64,000 bases of DNA from Podarcis tiliguerta (Eukaryota): NCBI GenBank assembly GCA_965153285.1, contig OZ229121.1. The stretch is one strand, 5' to 3'. The position numbers were made by a program, and so were the translations under genes. Positions 12,670 through 24,600 of the stretch are shown one piece after another; the stretch's first letter is position 1, and every line of letters begins with the position of its first letter. The notes beneath the pieces were generated by a model. It saw only the letters and a list, made by a program, of their open reading frames with translations. It did no database searches and had not been told where the DNA came from.

Positions 12670-15600
12670 TTTTTATTTATACCCCGCCCTCCCCAGCCAA
12701 GGCCGGGCTCAGAGCGGCTTACAAGCAATAATAAAAACAAGATGAATGATTACAACTTAAAACAAAAGTAAAGTACAACATTAAAATAATGGAACATTAA
12801 AATATTAAAATGTAGCCTCATTGGAGGAGGAGAAGGAAAAGAAAAAAGAAAGAGAGGGAGGGAATCAAATTGGCTCCAAGCCAAAGGCCAGGCGGAACAA
12901 CTCTGTCTTACAGGCCCTGCGGAAAGAAATCAGATCCTGCAGGGCCCTGGTCTCATGAGGCAGAGAGTTCCACCAGGCCGGAGCCAGAGTTGAAAAGGCC
13001 CTGGCTCTGGTTGAAGCCAATCTAACTTCCTTAGGGCCTGGGACTACTAGGGTGTTGTTATTTATGGACCTTGAGGCTCTCCGTGGGGCATACCAGGAGA
13101 GGCGGTCCCGTAGGTACGAGGGTCCTAGGCCGCGAAGGGCTTTAAAGGTCAAAAGCAGCACCTTAAATCTGACCCTGTACTCTACCGGGAGCCAGTGCAG
13201 CTTGAAAAGCACTGGGTGAATATGCTCCCATGGCAGAGACCCCGTGAGGAGCCTCGCTGCAGCATTCTGTACCCGCTGGAGTTTCTGGGACAGCTTCAAG
13301 GGCAGCCCTGCATAGAGCGAATTACAGTAGTCAAGCCTGGAGATGACCGTCGCATGGATCACTGTGGCCAGGTCGGGGCGGGAAAGGTAAGGGACCAACT
13401 GCTTGATGCGGCGAAGGTGGAAAAATGTCGCCTTGGCTGTTGCTGTAACTTGCGCCTCCATGGAAAGGGAGGCATCAAGGATTACACCCAAACTCTTAAC
13501 AGAAGGCAATGGCGCTAATTGGGCCCCCGCAAGAGAAGGGAGTTGGTCCCTCATCCCCATGCCATCCCGACCTAGCCATAGGATCTCTGTCTTCGAAGGA
13601 TTTAGTTTCAATTGGCTCCCACGAAACCATCCAGCCACAGCTTCCAAACATCTGGTCAGTGTGTTCAGGGCCGAGTCGGTGTGGCCATCGAGCAACAGAT
13701 AGAGCTGAGTGTCATCAGCATATTGGTGACAGCCCAGCCCAAAGCTCCGGATAATCTGGGCAAGGGGGTGCATAAAGATGTTAAAAAGCATCTGGGAGAG
13801 AATTGTACCCTGCGGCACTCCACACACCAAGGAGTGGCGCGACGACATTTCCCTCCCTAGTGCCACCCTCTGTCCCCGACCAGAGATAAAAGAGCACAAC
13901 CAGTTACAGGCTATGCCCTGTATCCCCACGTCTGCAAGGCGGTGGTCCAGAAGATCATAATCGACCATGTCAAAGGCTGCTGACAAATCTAAAAGGATCA
14001 GCAGTCCTGACCCGCCTCGATCTAGTTGTCTACGGAGATCATCTGTTAGGGCAACCAGAGCCGTCTCCGTCCCAAAACCAGGACGAAAACCGGACTGAAA
14101 TGGATCTAATGCCGATGTTTCCTCCAGAAACCTACCAAGCTGTTCAGCAACCGCTCTCTCAATTACCTTACCCAGGTATGGAAGATTTGAAACTGGGCGG
14201 TAATTGGATAGGTCTAAGGGATCTAATGAAGTTTTCTTTAAGAGTGGACACACCACTGCTTCCTTCAGTTCCCCTGGGAATGTCCCCGTGTCAAGGGACA
14301 AATTGATAATTTCAACCAGGGGGGTCCGCACAACATCTGGACACTCCCTAATCAGCCAAGACGGGCACGGATCAAGGAGGCAGGTGGTGGGCCTACTAAC
14401 TTGGAGGAATCTATCCACATCAGTAGGGAGTATCCGATCGAAATGGTCCAACACTGGACCCGAAGTCAGTCGAGGGGCCTCCAGTTCAGTCACTGTATCT
14501 AAATTGGCAGGGAGGTCACGGCGGAGCAACAGGACTTTCTCCGCAAAAAAGCTCGCGAATGCCTCACGGCTGTGGGTCAAATTTGTGAATAAAAGCAAAT
14601 GCAGATCTCAGGGAGGAATTTGCAGTGCCTTGGGGCAACTTTTTCAAAGGCCCTGCTCCTCATGAGGGCAGTTCCAGCAGATACGCATTACACCATCCTC
14701 CCACTGCCCATAACAGGAAGAGACATTCTTATAAATCTGTGCTGGTCTCCAAGGTATCAAATGCTAAGCTTAATCAAATTTACTTGGAACCAAGGAAACT
14801 TCACTTCTGGATTATAGCCATTAACCACACTTCAAATTGAGTTCTCATGTGCTTATGGAAGTGTGTGTTCTTTGGGGTTGTCATAGAATCATAGAATTGT
14901 ACAATTGGAAGGGACCCAAAGGGTCATTTAGCCAACTCCCTGCAATGCAGGAATCTCAACTAAAGCATCCATGACAGATGGCCATCCAGCCTCTGCTTAA
15001 AAACCTTCAATGAAGGATAGTCCACCATCTCCCAAGGGAGCCCATGGTCTAACAGCTCTTACTGTCAGACATTATTCTTGATCTCCATTCTTGTAATCAG
15101 AATACAAGTCTTGCCCCAGAATACAAGTCTTGCCCCAGAATACAAGCAGGAGAAAACAAGCTTGCCCATCTTCCATGTGACAGCCCTTTAGATATTTGAG
15201 GATGGCTATCGTATCTCCTCTTTCCCTGGCTAAAAATACCCTGCTCCCTCAACCATTCCTCATAAGGCCTGGTTTCCAGACCCCTGATCATCTTGGTCAC
15301 CCTCTGTGATGGCCTGGGAATCCGATTCAGAGGCTGAACCGGAGGAACCCCAGCCTGCACAAGAGTCCCTGCCTCCAGGGCCGGCTGAGCTGAGGCGGGG
15401 CCTTGGATCTGAAGTGCCTGCACCTGTGCCAGATCCTCAGGAGCAGGTACCAGGTGACTCCACTCTAGCTCTGGAAGTGATTAAGGACACAGTGCCTATA
15501 GGTGCGCCTCTCCCGGCCCTGCCAGAGGAAGGTGAGTCTCCCCCTGGGTCCAGTAACTCCCCAGCCTCTCCTGAACTGCAGAGGCTTAGGGCAGAGAGGC

Positions 15601-18600
15601 GGAGGGAACTGGTTTCTCCCAGGAGGAGTGCTCGCCTTAAGGCCAGGAGAGGCGGGTCTCCTGGGGGCCGGGACCGCCCCTGGCCTCAGAGAAGATAAAG
15701 GCCAGTCAGCCCGGTCCCAGGTTGTGGGAGCAACGTCCTTGAGTACCTGCTCCTGCCCGGACCCAGACCTGCCCTTCCAGTGTTCCTGTCCCCACCCGGC
15801 TTCCTGCTTCGGACCTCGCCTCGCTCTTTGTGAACTGTTTCCAGACCAGTGACCCAGGACCGGACTTTGACTACGCCAACGGTAACCTTCCCCCCGGGAC
15901 CAGCACACCCTCCTCTGCACACATTCCAGCTGGCCAATATGCTTCTCAAATTGTGGTGCCCAGAATTGGACACAGGATTCCAGGTGTGGTCTGACCAAGG
16001 CAGAATAGAGCAGTGCTGTAACTTCCTTTTATCTGGACACTATACTTCTGTTGATGCAACCTAGAATAGCATTAGCTTCTTTCTTTCTTTCTTTCTTTCT
16101 TTTTGCTTGTATCACATTGTTGACTCATGTTAAGCTTGTAGCCTACTAAGACCCGTAGATGCTTTTCACATGTACTACTGACAATCCAGGTGTCCCCTGT
16201 CTTATATTGGTGCAGCTGGTTCTTTCTGCCTAAGTGCAGAACCTTACATTTGTCCCTGGTGAATTCCACACAAAACGTTTTGCAATTCAGATAGCGCCCT
16301 GCGTGCATTTGAAGATCCTCTATTGAATACATGGAGCATTTCCTGAGTCAGAGAAAAGTATTGGACAAGGGAAGCTTATGCATATGCCTTGGAGCCTCTA
16401 TGTGTACATTAAACGCCCTTTATCAGTCTTTCATTGTTAAGGTATTTAAATGTAAAGTTTCTATTTTATCCCTTAGTTATATATCAGGATTGTTCTGTTT
16501 TCACTTTTTGGTTTCACACTACTGCAATTTTCAAAAGGGCAAAAATTAATAAAGATTGTCACATTGGCTGGGGTAGCAACTTACTGGCAACAGCGCTGAA
16601 GGTCTCTGATTCATTGATCTATCCAATAAAAAAGAAGCACTGCGAGTTCGTGCACTGGTGGGGTGATGACATCATTGTCCCTGGCAACATATAGGAGAAC
16701 TTTGTGTAAGTTCCATGATGTCTAGTGGTGGATGTGATTCCCATCTCAGTAAATGTTCAGCAGCACCATTAAAATAAATGCAATGTCTCCATCCTGGTAA
16801 TATTGTGGTAACATATGGTTGTTGGTTCTTCTATATCAACAGGGCTGGAGAAGGCATGGTTTCTACTGTTACTTAATTGAACAAACATCTGTAACATTTT
16901 CTGAAGCAAAGACATCATGTGCAGCAAATCACGGATCTTTGACTTCTGTGGAAAACAGGTATCAAAACTAAATGGTCTTGCTGTTTGGAGAGCATATACT
17001 GTATTCCTTTCTTCTTCCCTTTGCTGAACATAAAAGAGAAATGATTACTTTTCTTGTGATTGTGGGTTGTTTCCAGCTAAGGTTTGCTCACATTAAACCT
17101 GCTGATGGACATAATTATCCGTGCTCATTAATTTCAGTGGGTCTACTCTATTGTGAATAGGACTAACAACCATATGTGTTTTATGTGAGTGAAATGTGTA
17201 ATTGCTATATTTCTTTGTCACATAATGAATATTAAGATTTGACCTGTAGCCTGTGACTAAGCTACTTTCTTGAATTAGCTGCTCTATGTTTCTTGTGAAT
17301 TTCCTACTTGATTTGCAATCTGTGGCTTGCCTCACTTTCCTGAAACTTCTGCACTGCATGGACCTTGCACTCCTTGTCACTGATTTCATTACATGCTACT
17401 CCCAGTTTACACGGGGCACTGTGTGTCTAAGTGAAATTACATATATTCGAAACACCACCGAAAAAGCCTGCAAACACCTCATTCTCCTCTGCCCCCACCC
17501 TGTTCTGCCCATTTTTGTATGGGGTTTGGGTCACTTCCAGGTTCAACGTGATGCATGCTTGCACAGACACACACATATTGGCTGTGCCTATAATGGTTGC
17601 TGCCTGTATTGTCCCTGGGTGGTGGGGAGACTTTCAAATCCATTGTTTTCCTCTCTCAAGTGAGTGGATGTTTTCTAGAATTCCTTATAAAATCCTTAAT
17701 CCTATCCTGTATGTATGTTACACATGTCGCCTAATGTGCAGCCTGGGCTGAGATTCTTCTGCTTCAGTTATTTGCTCTGGATGCACTTGTATTTTTTGTT
17801 TTTCACTTGTAAAATTGCTGTAGACTGAATTGTATAGATAGATGCAAAATGCAGGTATATTGCTTAGTGATAGTGGATCTATTGGTTTAGACACTTCCCT
17901 TTCTCCACTGTGACCTCTCCATTGTCCTGCTAGGCTCTGTACTTCAACAGGAAGAGAACTGTCCTGTGGTAGGCCATCAATTTAGTTTTAATATATAGGA
18001 AATTAAAAATAATTCGAAATAATTGATTACATATTCTTCTCCACAGATATGAACAGGCCTTCCTGACTAGTCTAGTTGGACTTCGTTCTGAAAAATATTT
18101 CTGGATCGGCCTTTCAGATGTAGAGCAATCAGGGACATTCAACTGGACAAATGGAGACGGTGTTCTGTTCACCCACTGGAACTCAGGAATGCCTGGTAGG
18201 TATTGCCTCAAGTCCATCAGGAATGGTATTTCACAAAGGCTTTCTCCAATTGTTTCGAATATCTGTGAAGAACAAGGCTCCGCTGAACTTTTCTTGTACT
18301 TCCAAAAGGGCGACAACCCGGCTGTGTTGCCATGAGAACTGGGACTGCAGCTGGATTGTGGGATGTTGTGAACTGTGAGGAGAAGGCAGCCTTCATTTGC
18401 AAACAATGGGCAGAAGGTTTGACAACAACTCCTGCTCCCAAACCAACTCCTCTGCCTGCATGTCCAAATGAATGGCATCCAAGCAGTACTAGACATGTGT
18501 GTTTTAAGGTAGGTATACCATTTCTTGAGGATGCAGGTGGTGCTATGGCCTAAACCACAGAGCCTAGGGCTTGCCAATCAGAAGGTCGGTGGTTCAAATT

Positions 18601-21600
18601 CCCGTGATGGGGTGAGCTCCCATTGTTCGGCCCCAGATTCTGCCCACCTGGCAGTTCGAAAGCACGCTAAAGTGCAAGTAGATAAATAGGTACCGCTCTG
18701 GCAGGAAGGTATACGACGTTTCTGTGCGCTGCTCTGATTCGCCACATGACCCGGAAGCTGTCTGCGGACAAACGTTGGCTCCCTCGGCCTATAGAGCGAG
18801 ATGAGCACCGCAACCCCAGAGTCGTCTGCGACTGGACCTAACGGTCAGGGGTACCTTTACCTTTATACTATTTCTTGAGTCAATTTCAGTGCCAATTCTT
18901 GCTTGTTTCAAAACAAGGATGGGTACATATTTCAGTATGTCCGTTTTAATTTCAGTGTTACTGCTCAGTGCAGGTTTTTTATCGTTACTCTTTTTATAGT
19001 GGGGTTTGGTTCCATGATTTATTTGAACTGTCAATATTCAATTGCTTATTAAAAGTTTTATAGATGGGGAGGGTGGAGGGTAGATCTCTGGTAGGTTTGC
19101 AGTAGATCAAAATGGACTTACAGAACTGGCATTAGAGCAGAAGAAGCAACCTTCTGAGCTTCTGTAGAAGAGAGACTGTGCTTGTGCAGTTTATCCAGGA
19201 CTTTCAGATGGAAACACAGAGAGATTTGTGCTTCCCTGTGTTACCTGCTCTCTCAAGAACCACCAGTCTGGGAGCTCCTTGTGCAAAGGCAGGAGGAAGG
19301 GCAGCTGGTGGGAGGGACAAAATGTTGGGAGGAAACTGGCATCAGTGGGAGCCTCCTGCACAAAGCTATTTCCGTACATTTTAAAAACATGTACAATTAT
19401 GCCATGTCTACTTTGGTCATTAGCCACCATTGTTAAATGCCAAATAGGTGTTCATGCAAACCACACAAGATCTCACTGTGAATGAATTTTGCAAGATTTG
19501 TTATTACCAATATGCAATTGTATTTATATGCATTTAGGCCTATTACAAAGAAACGAAGAACAGGAAATCTTGGTTCGAAGCGCAAGATTTTTGTAGAGCA
19601 ATTGGAGGAGACCTAGCTTCTATTCACAGTGAAAACGAAAGAAATGTTATAACGGAATTGTGAGTTTCATTAAATGGTATTTCCTTTACTTTGTCTCAGT
19701 ATCAAAAAGGGTTGGGGAAGACATTTGCATTTTTTCTTGTGAACCTCCCAATTGACACTTCCTGAACCAAGGTGTGAACCCAAACACCTCTCTCCTCTGA
19801 AATGCATGTACTAAAATGGCCTGCCTCTCACTCACTTCCCTCACGCCCCTCTCTCTTTGCACAGGTTTTGTAGCTGCAGTTTGTGTGTAACTATCTTACA
19901 ATGCAGTTGTACCTTGGAAGTCGAACAGAATCCATTCCGGAAGTCCGTTCAACTTCCACAACGTTCAGAAACCAAAGTGTGGCTTCTGATTGGCTGCAGG
20001 AAGCTCCTACAGCCAGTCAGAAGCTGCAGAAGACCCGTCGGAAGTTTGGCTTCCTAAAATAGTTTGCAAACCGGAATAGTCTCTTCCGGGTTTGTGGCAT
20101 TCGGGAGCCAAAACATTCGAGAACTACCGTATTTTTCGCCCCATAGGACGCACTTTTCCCCCTCCAAAAATGAAGGGGAAATGTGTGTGCGTTCTATGGG
20201 GTGAATGCAGGCTTTCGCTGAAGCCTGGAGAACGAGAGGGGTCGGTGCGCACCAACCCCTCTCGCTCTCCAGGCTTCGCGCAATCTCTGCAAGCCGTGGG
20301 AGCCCACGCCGGGCTCCCACGGCTTGCAGAGAGTTGCCTGCATGCTGGAGGCTGGGCGCGCTGAGTTCAGCATGCCCAGGCTTCGCGCAGCTCTCCTCAA
20401 GGCGGGGAGCCCAGCGCTGGGTTCCCGCTGCTTGTGGAGAGTTGCTTGCCTGCCGAAGGCTGGGCACGCTGAGCTCCGCAAGGCACGGGAGCCCGGCGCT
20501 GGGCTCCCACGGCTTGCGGAGAGTTGCCTGTTCTGGGGCTGGGGTCAGGGGAAGCTTGGGCTTCCCCCACCCCAGCCCCGCGCCTGGGGGGGAAATAATT
20601 TTTCCCCCCCTTTATTTCCCCCCCAAAAAACTAGGTGTGCCTTATGGGATGGTGTGTCCTATAGGGCGAAAAATACGGTAAGCTGTTTGAAAAACCAAGA
20701 TACGATTGTAAAGGAAACACAACTTGCTATATGTTGAGGTGGTAACTTTTCCTACTGCCCCACACTTTCCAAGAGCACCTCCTGTTTCCATAAATGAACC
20801 ATGTGCATAGGTTTGTGTGCATGTCCAGTAAGAGCGAGGCTCACTTGTAGGGTGATGGTTATGTGAGTGGGAAAGCAGCATGGCCCTGTTTGGCTGGGGT
20901 GGGGGCGCTCCGGCATCATCAGTGGCTTGCCTGTCCCGGGCGCCAACAACTAACGCTATGCCACTGCTTTCAGTCTCCACTTTGCCAAGCTTTACTAAAA
21001 GTAAGAGCTGATGCTGGCTCCTCCCATATTTCATATTATCCCACCACTTCTTGAACATTCATCCCAGTGACCAGCAGCTGGGAGCTACCGATTTTCCTAG
21101 AAGGCACTACATTGTCACATAATTAGCTTTGTTCTGAGGGGGGCTTCTGGGAAGCAAAAGGAGAAAGTTTTATCAAATGTATAAATGAACTCATGGGCTG
21201 CAGAGGACCTGGATTATAATGTGGTCACCTATACAGAATCAATAACTTAGTTTGAAATCCAGGTGTGCTTAAGAATTGACCATGTGAGCAGAAATTAGAC
21301 ACACACAGTTCCTGCTCCAAACAGCACACCTGCTCCAGAAATCTGATACTGTACCAAAAATTAAATGTATAAACTGGTGATAGATTCATTTATGCTATTT
21401 TTCTAAAGAATATCAAGCTAGTCACAATACAGTGGCATGACAAAGCACAAAAACAGCCCCAAAGAGTGCAAAAATGGCACAAAAACAGCACATAGCAATC
21501 TCATTAGCTTTTCCAAGGGCAATCCCAGCAGCCTTTGCATTGACCTTTGAGGCCAGTGGAGAGTTGGAGTTTGAGAATGGAGGTTTGGAGGGAGCAATTG

Positions 21601-24600
21601 TGGCAGAGTTCAGTGGTCTGCTGTTTTTATAAAGAAAAAGTTTCCCAGAGGTTTTGGAGGGTGTTTACAGGCTTTTTCAATGGTGTTCAATAACATGGTT
21701 TTACTTAAAGGTATGGTGCCTTGGAATGTATCCCTTGTGTAAATGGGGAGTGGTCTGTACCATGAAGTTTAAAACACCAACTGTATCTACATCCATACTC
21801 TGTTTGCAATTTTCTGATCTCTGTATATTTATTGTTATATATTTTAGAATTAGGAAAAATTATGATTATTATTGGACTGGTTTCAGTGAGTTGGCACCCA
21901 ATAAAGGATATACTTGGAGTGATGGATCTCCTGTAAGTAAATGACCTCTTACTCTCGAACTGAACTTTGACAGATCCCATAGCAGTGTTTTCGATTTTAA
22001 GTCACTGGAAATTTCAGTTTTTATAAACATGATTTGCTTGTAATCTCATTTTTAGATTCAACAGTTACGGCAGTTACTACAAAGCAGCGGCGGAGCTTCA
22101 TGCTCCAGCAATGGGGGGTGGAGAGCAGACGGGGGCGTGGCTGGCTGACATCCTGGGGGCATGGCACGTGTCCCGGGAGCATTGTGCACTGCCCAGAGGA
22201 GCGTGGCATGCATCCTGGGGCCGTGGCTCGCCGCCTGCGGGGTGCAGCGCCCAGCGTGGGTCAGGTGGGCACCCCACCAGGATCGCGCTGCTGGGGGTAA
22301 TGCGCTCCCACCGCCCCCTCTTCTTCCACCAGTGCTGAAGAGTTGTTGCTTGTCTGGTTGGATTAGATTTGTTTTTATATGTTTAAATGAACATTTTTTA
22401 TTTCAAAAACAAGGATACTGGAACAGGAGAGCACACGTTGACTGCCTGGTTTATGTTGTTTTGAGTATGTGGGCAGGTAGGCTGCATTCCTGGAACCAAC
22501 AAGTGTTAAAATCTAAGCAATGATTCAGATTCCTGGAACAGCCAGGCTAGCTTCTTGGTGAGGTAACTGGCCATCCCAGTAACAAAGGAAGTGGTTTGGC
22601 ATTAGAGGAAAAATGGGTGGGGGCCCCTCCCTCAACTCGCTTGTAGTTAGAAAGCCAAAGGCATGGGCCACAGGGCCAGTCATCTAGATAACTTACAGTG
22701 ACCAGAACTGATTCTTTATAATAACCTATAGGATCAACACAATATTAATAAACAAATGACAGCCCATCTCTCTCTCTACATATGCACATGCACACATGTG
22801 TACAAATCTTTCAAAGACTGCAACATAAGTCTGTCTCCTTTTCTGTATATTACCACTAAAGCTTTTTTTTTTTTTTAGAAAGAGTAAGAAATCTTTATTC
22901 CCACTGTAGGTAGACCTTGAAAGGAATTTTTATTTTAATGGTCGTTCCCATGAAGACACGGGATGCAGAGCCATGTATGTCTATAGTTCGTGGCAGGGTT
23001 CTGACTGGTGTGAACATTTTAGGAATTGGGTTTGCCAAATAAAGAGAGGTAAGGTACCCTTTTAATCTAACACTAGTTCATTAAGCAAAGTGAACAGGCT
23101 TTTTGCTGCTCTGCTGAAACCTGGCATTTAAACATGTTTATTACATGCCTAACTTTTCAGAGGAGGAAATAATAATGTGAAGTACATTCAGCCGTCATTA
23201 AGAATGTTGCAGAGTTCAGATCCTTGGCTTTCATATTATGAGATATGAAGTACAGGTGTCTCCCCACTTGCGCATGATGAGCATGCATGCTCCCGCTGAC
23301 ATGTGTGCCCTTTTTGGCATCAAAAGGGGCAGGAGCAGTACAAGGTGTGGGCAGAACAGGGAAATCCCCACTCATGTTCATCCCAGCGATGCACACGGTA
23401 GCCGGGGACAAAACCCCAGTGTAAGGGGGGATTCCCCTGTGTTCCATTTTGATGAGAATGAGGGATCTAGTGCATCAAACTCTTTGTGAAAACAGAAGCC
23501 ACTGATTGTTCTGTCGCATTATTCTGTCAGAATTACAGAAATGTCATATGCTATAAATAACACTTTAATTTTTATGTTCTCCTGTTTGCAATATGAAACA
23601 ATGTAATAAAATAGAAATTACGCTAGGGTCCATTATAATTTATGTGTTTTGTTTTTCAGGTGTAACAGTGAAAAAAGATCCAGTCGTTGGTTTTGGTATG
23701 TTGGGTGATTCCACCTTTCCTTGGTTCACGCATGCCTCTTTTAAGGAGCACCATGGAAAGTGGGGCTGGGGCTGCCTTATCAGCTCTCTCTCGCTCTCTC
23801 TCTTTTTTAAATAATATTTATTGATTTTCCAATAACATAACACCAAAACAAAAACAACTCCACAAGAAAAAGAGAAAGAAAAAAGAATAGTAAAAAAGAA
23901 AAGAAATAAAAAAACCAAAAAAAAGAAAAGAAAAAAAGGGACCCTCCTCCCCCTTTCCCAAAAAACAAACACAAAAACATCCAAACAGCACAAAGTTTCA
24001 AATTTCTTCTTTTTTGACTTGTTTCCTCGACCTCCTCCCACCTCCCTCTTTGTATACCTGTTTTTAATCTAGTCGGCAAATTCCATCCAGCTTTTACTGC
24101 TTTTTCACATTTACTTTTACCCCTTTTAAAAAGAGAAATAATAATAGAAAAAGAAAATTAACCTTAAATCTTCTAATCTTAAACCCTATAATATGCCCTT
24201 ATATCCTAATGTTTCCTCTTCCTTATCTTAATCCCTGAAACCAAATAGATTCCTTCCATCATCCCCCCAAAATACTTATTCAAACCATGTTATATTTAGT
24301 TTTACTTAAAAATTTCCAATTTATCCCACCATCTCTTCCCCTCGGTTTTGGGTACTGCCAGTCCTTTTTACAATTTTTAAAGTCTTTCCAATCCATAAAG
24401 TCAATCAATCAGCCAGGTTGTCTTATATCCGAGGCCTCTAAATCATCTTCCTGGCCTGTCTGCAGAGTCTTTTTCGAGCCTAAAATTAAGTCCCAAGACA
24501 CTTTCCCCTCAACGTCTCCTTTAACCTTCTTGGACAAGCTTGCCCAAACCCTATAATTCCTTTTGTAGACCAGAAAATTGTCCAAAGCTTGCTCCACACT

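Noticed and set aside
13195-14665. Several plus-strand ORFs
   Set aside because: Antisense to the L2 RT ORF.
17930-18577. 215-aa minus-strand ORF
   Set aside because: Antisense shadow of exons 11-12 plus a SINE, with no recognisable domain.
18530-18620. tRNA-like sequence (also at the other SINE heads)
   Set aside because: tRNA-derived Sauria SINE heads with no complete cloverleaf.
20054-20737. Overlapping 90-158 aa ORFs (likewise at 30908-31680)
   Set aside because: They lie inside GC-rich MITEs that are poor in stop codons, and have no transposase motifs.
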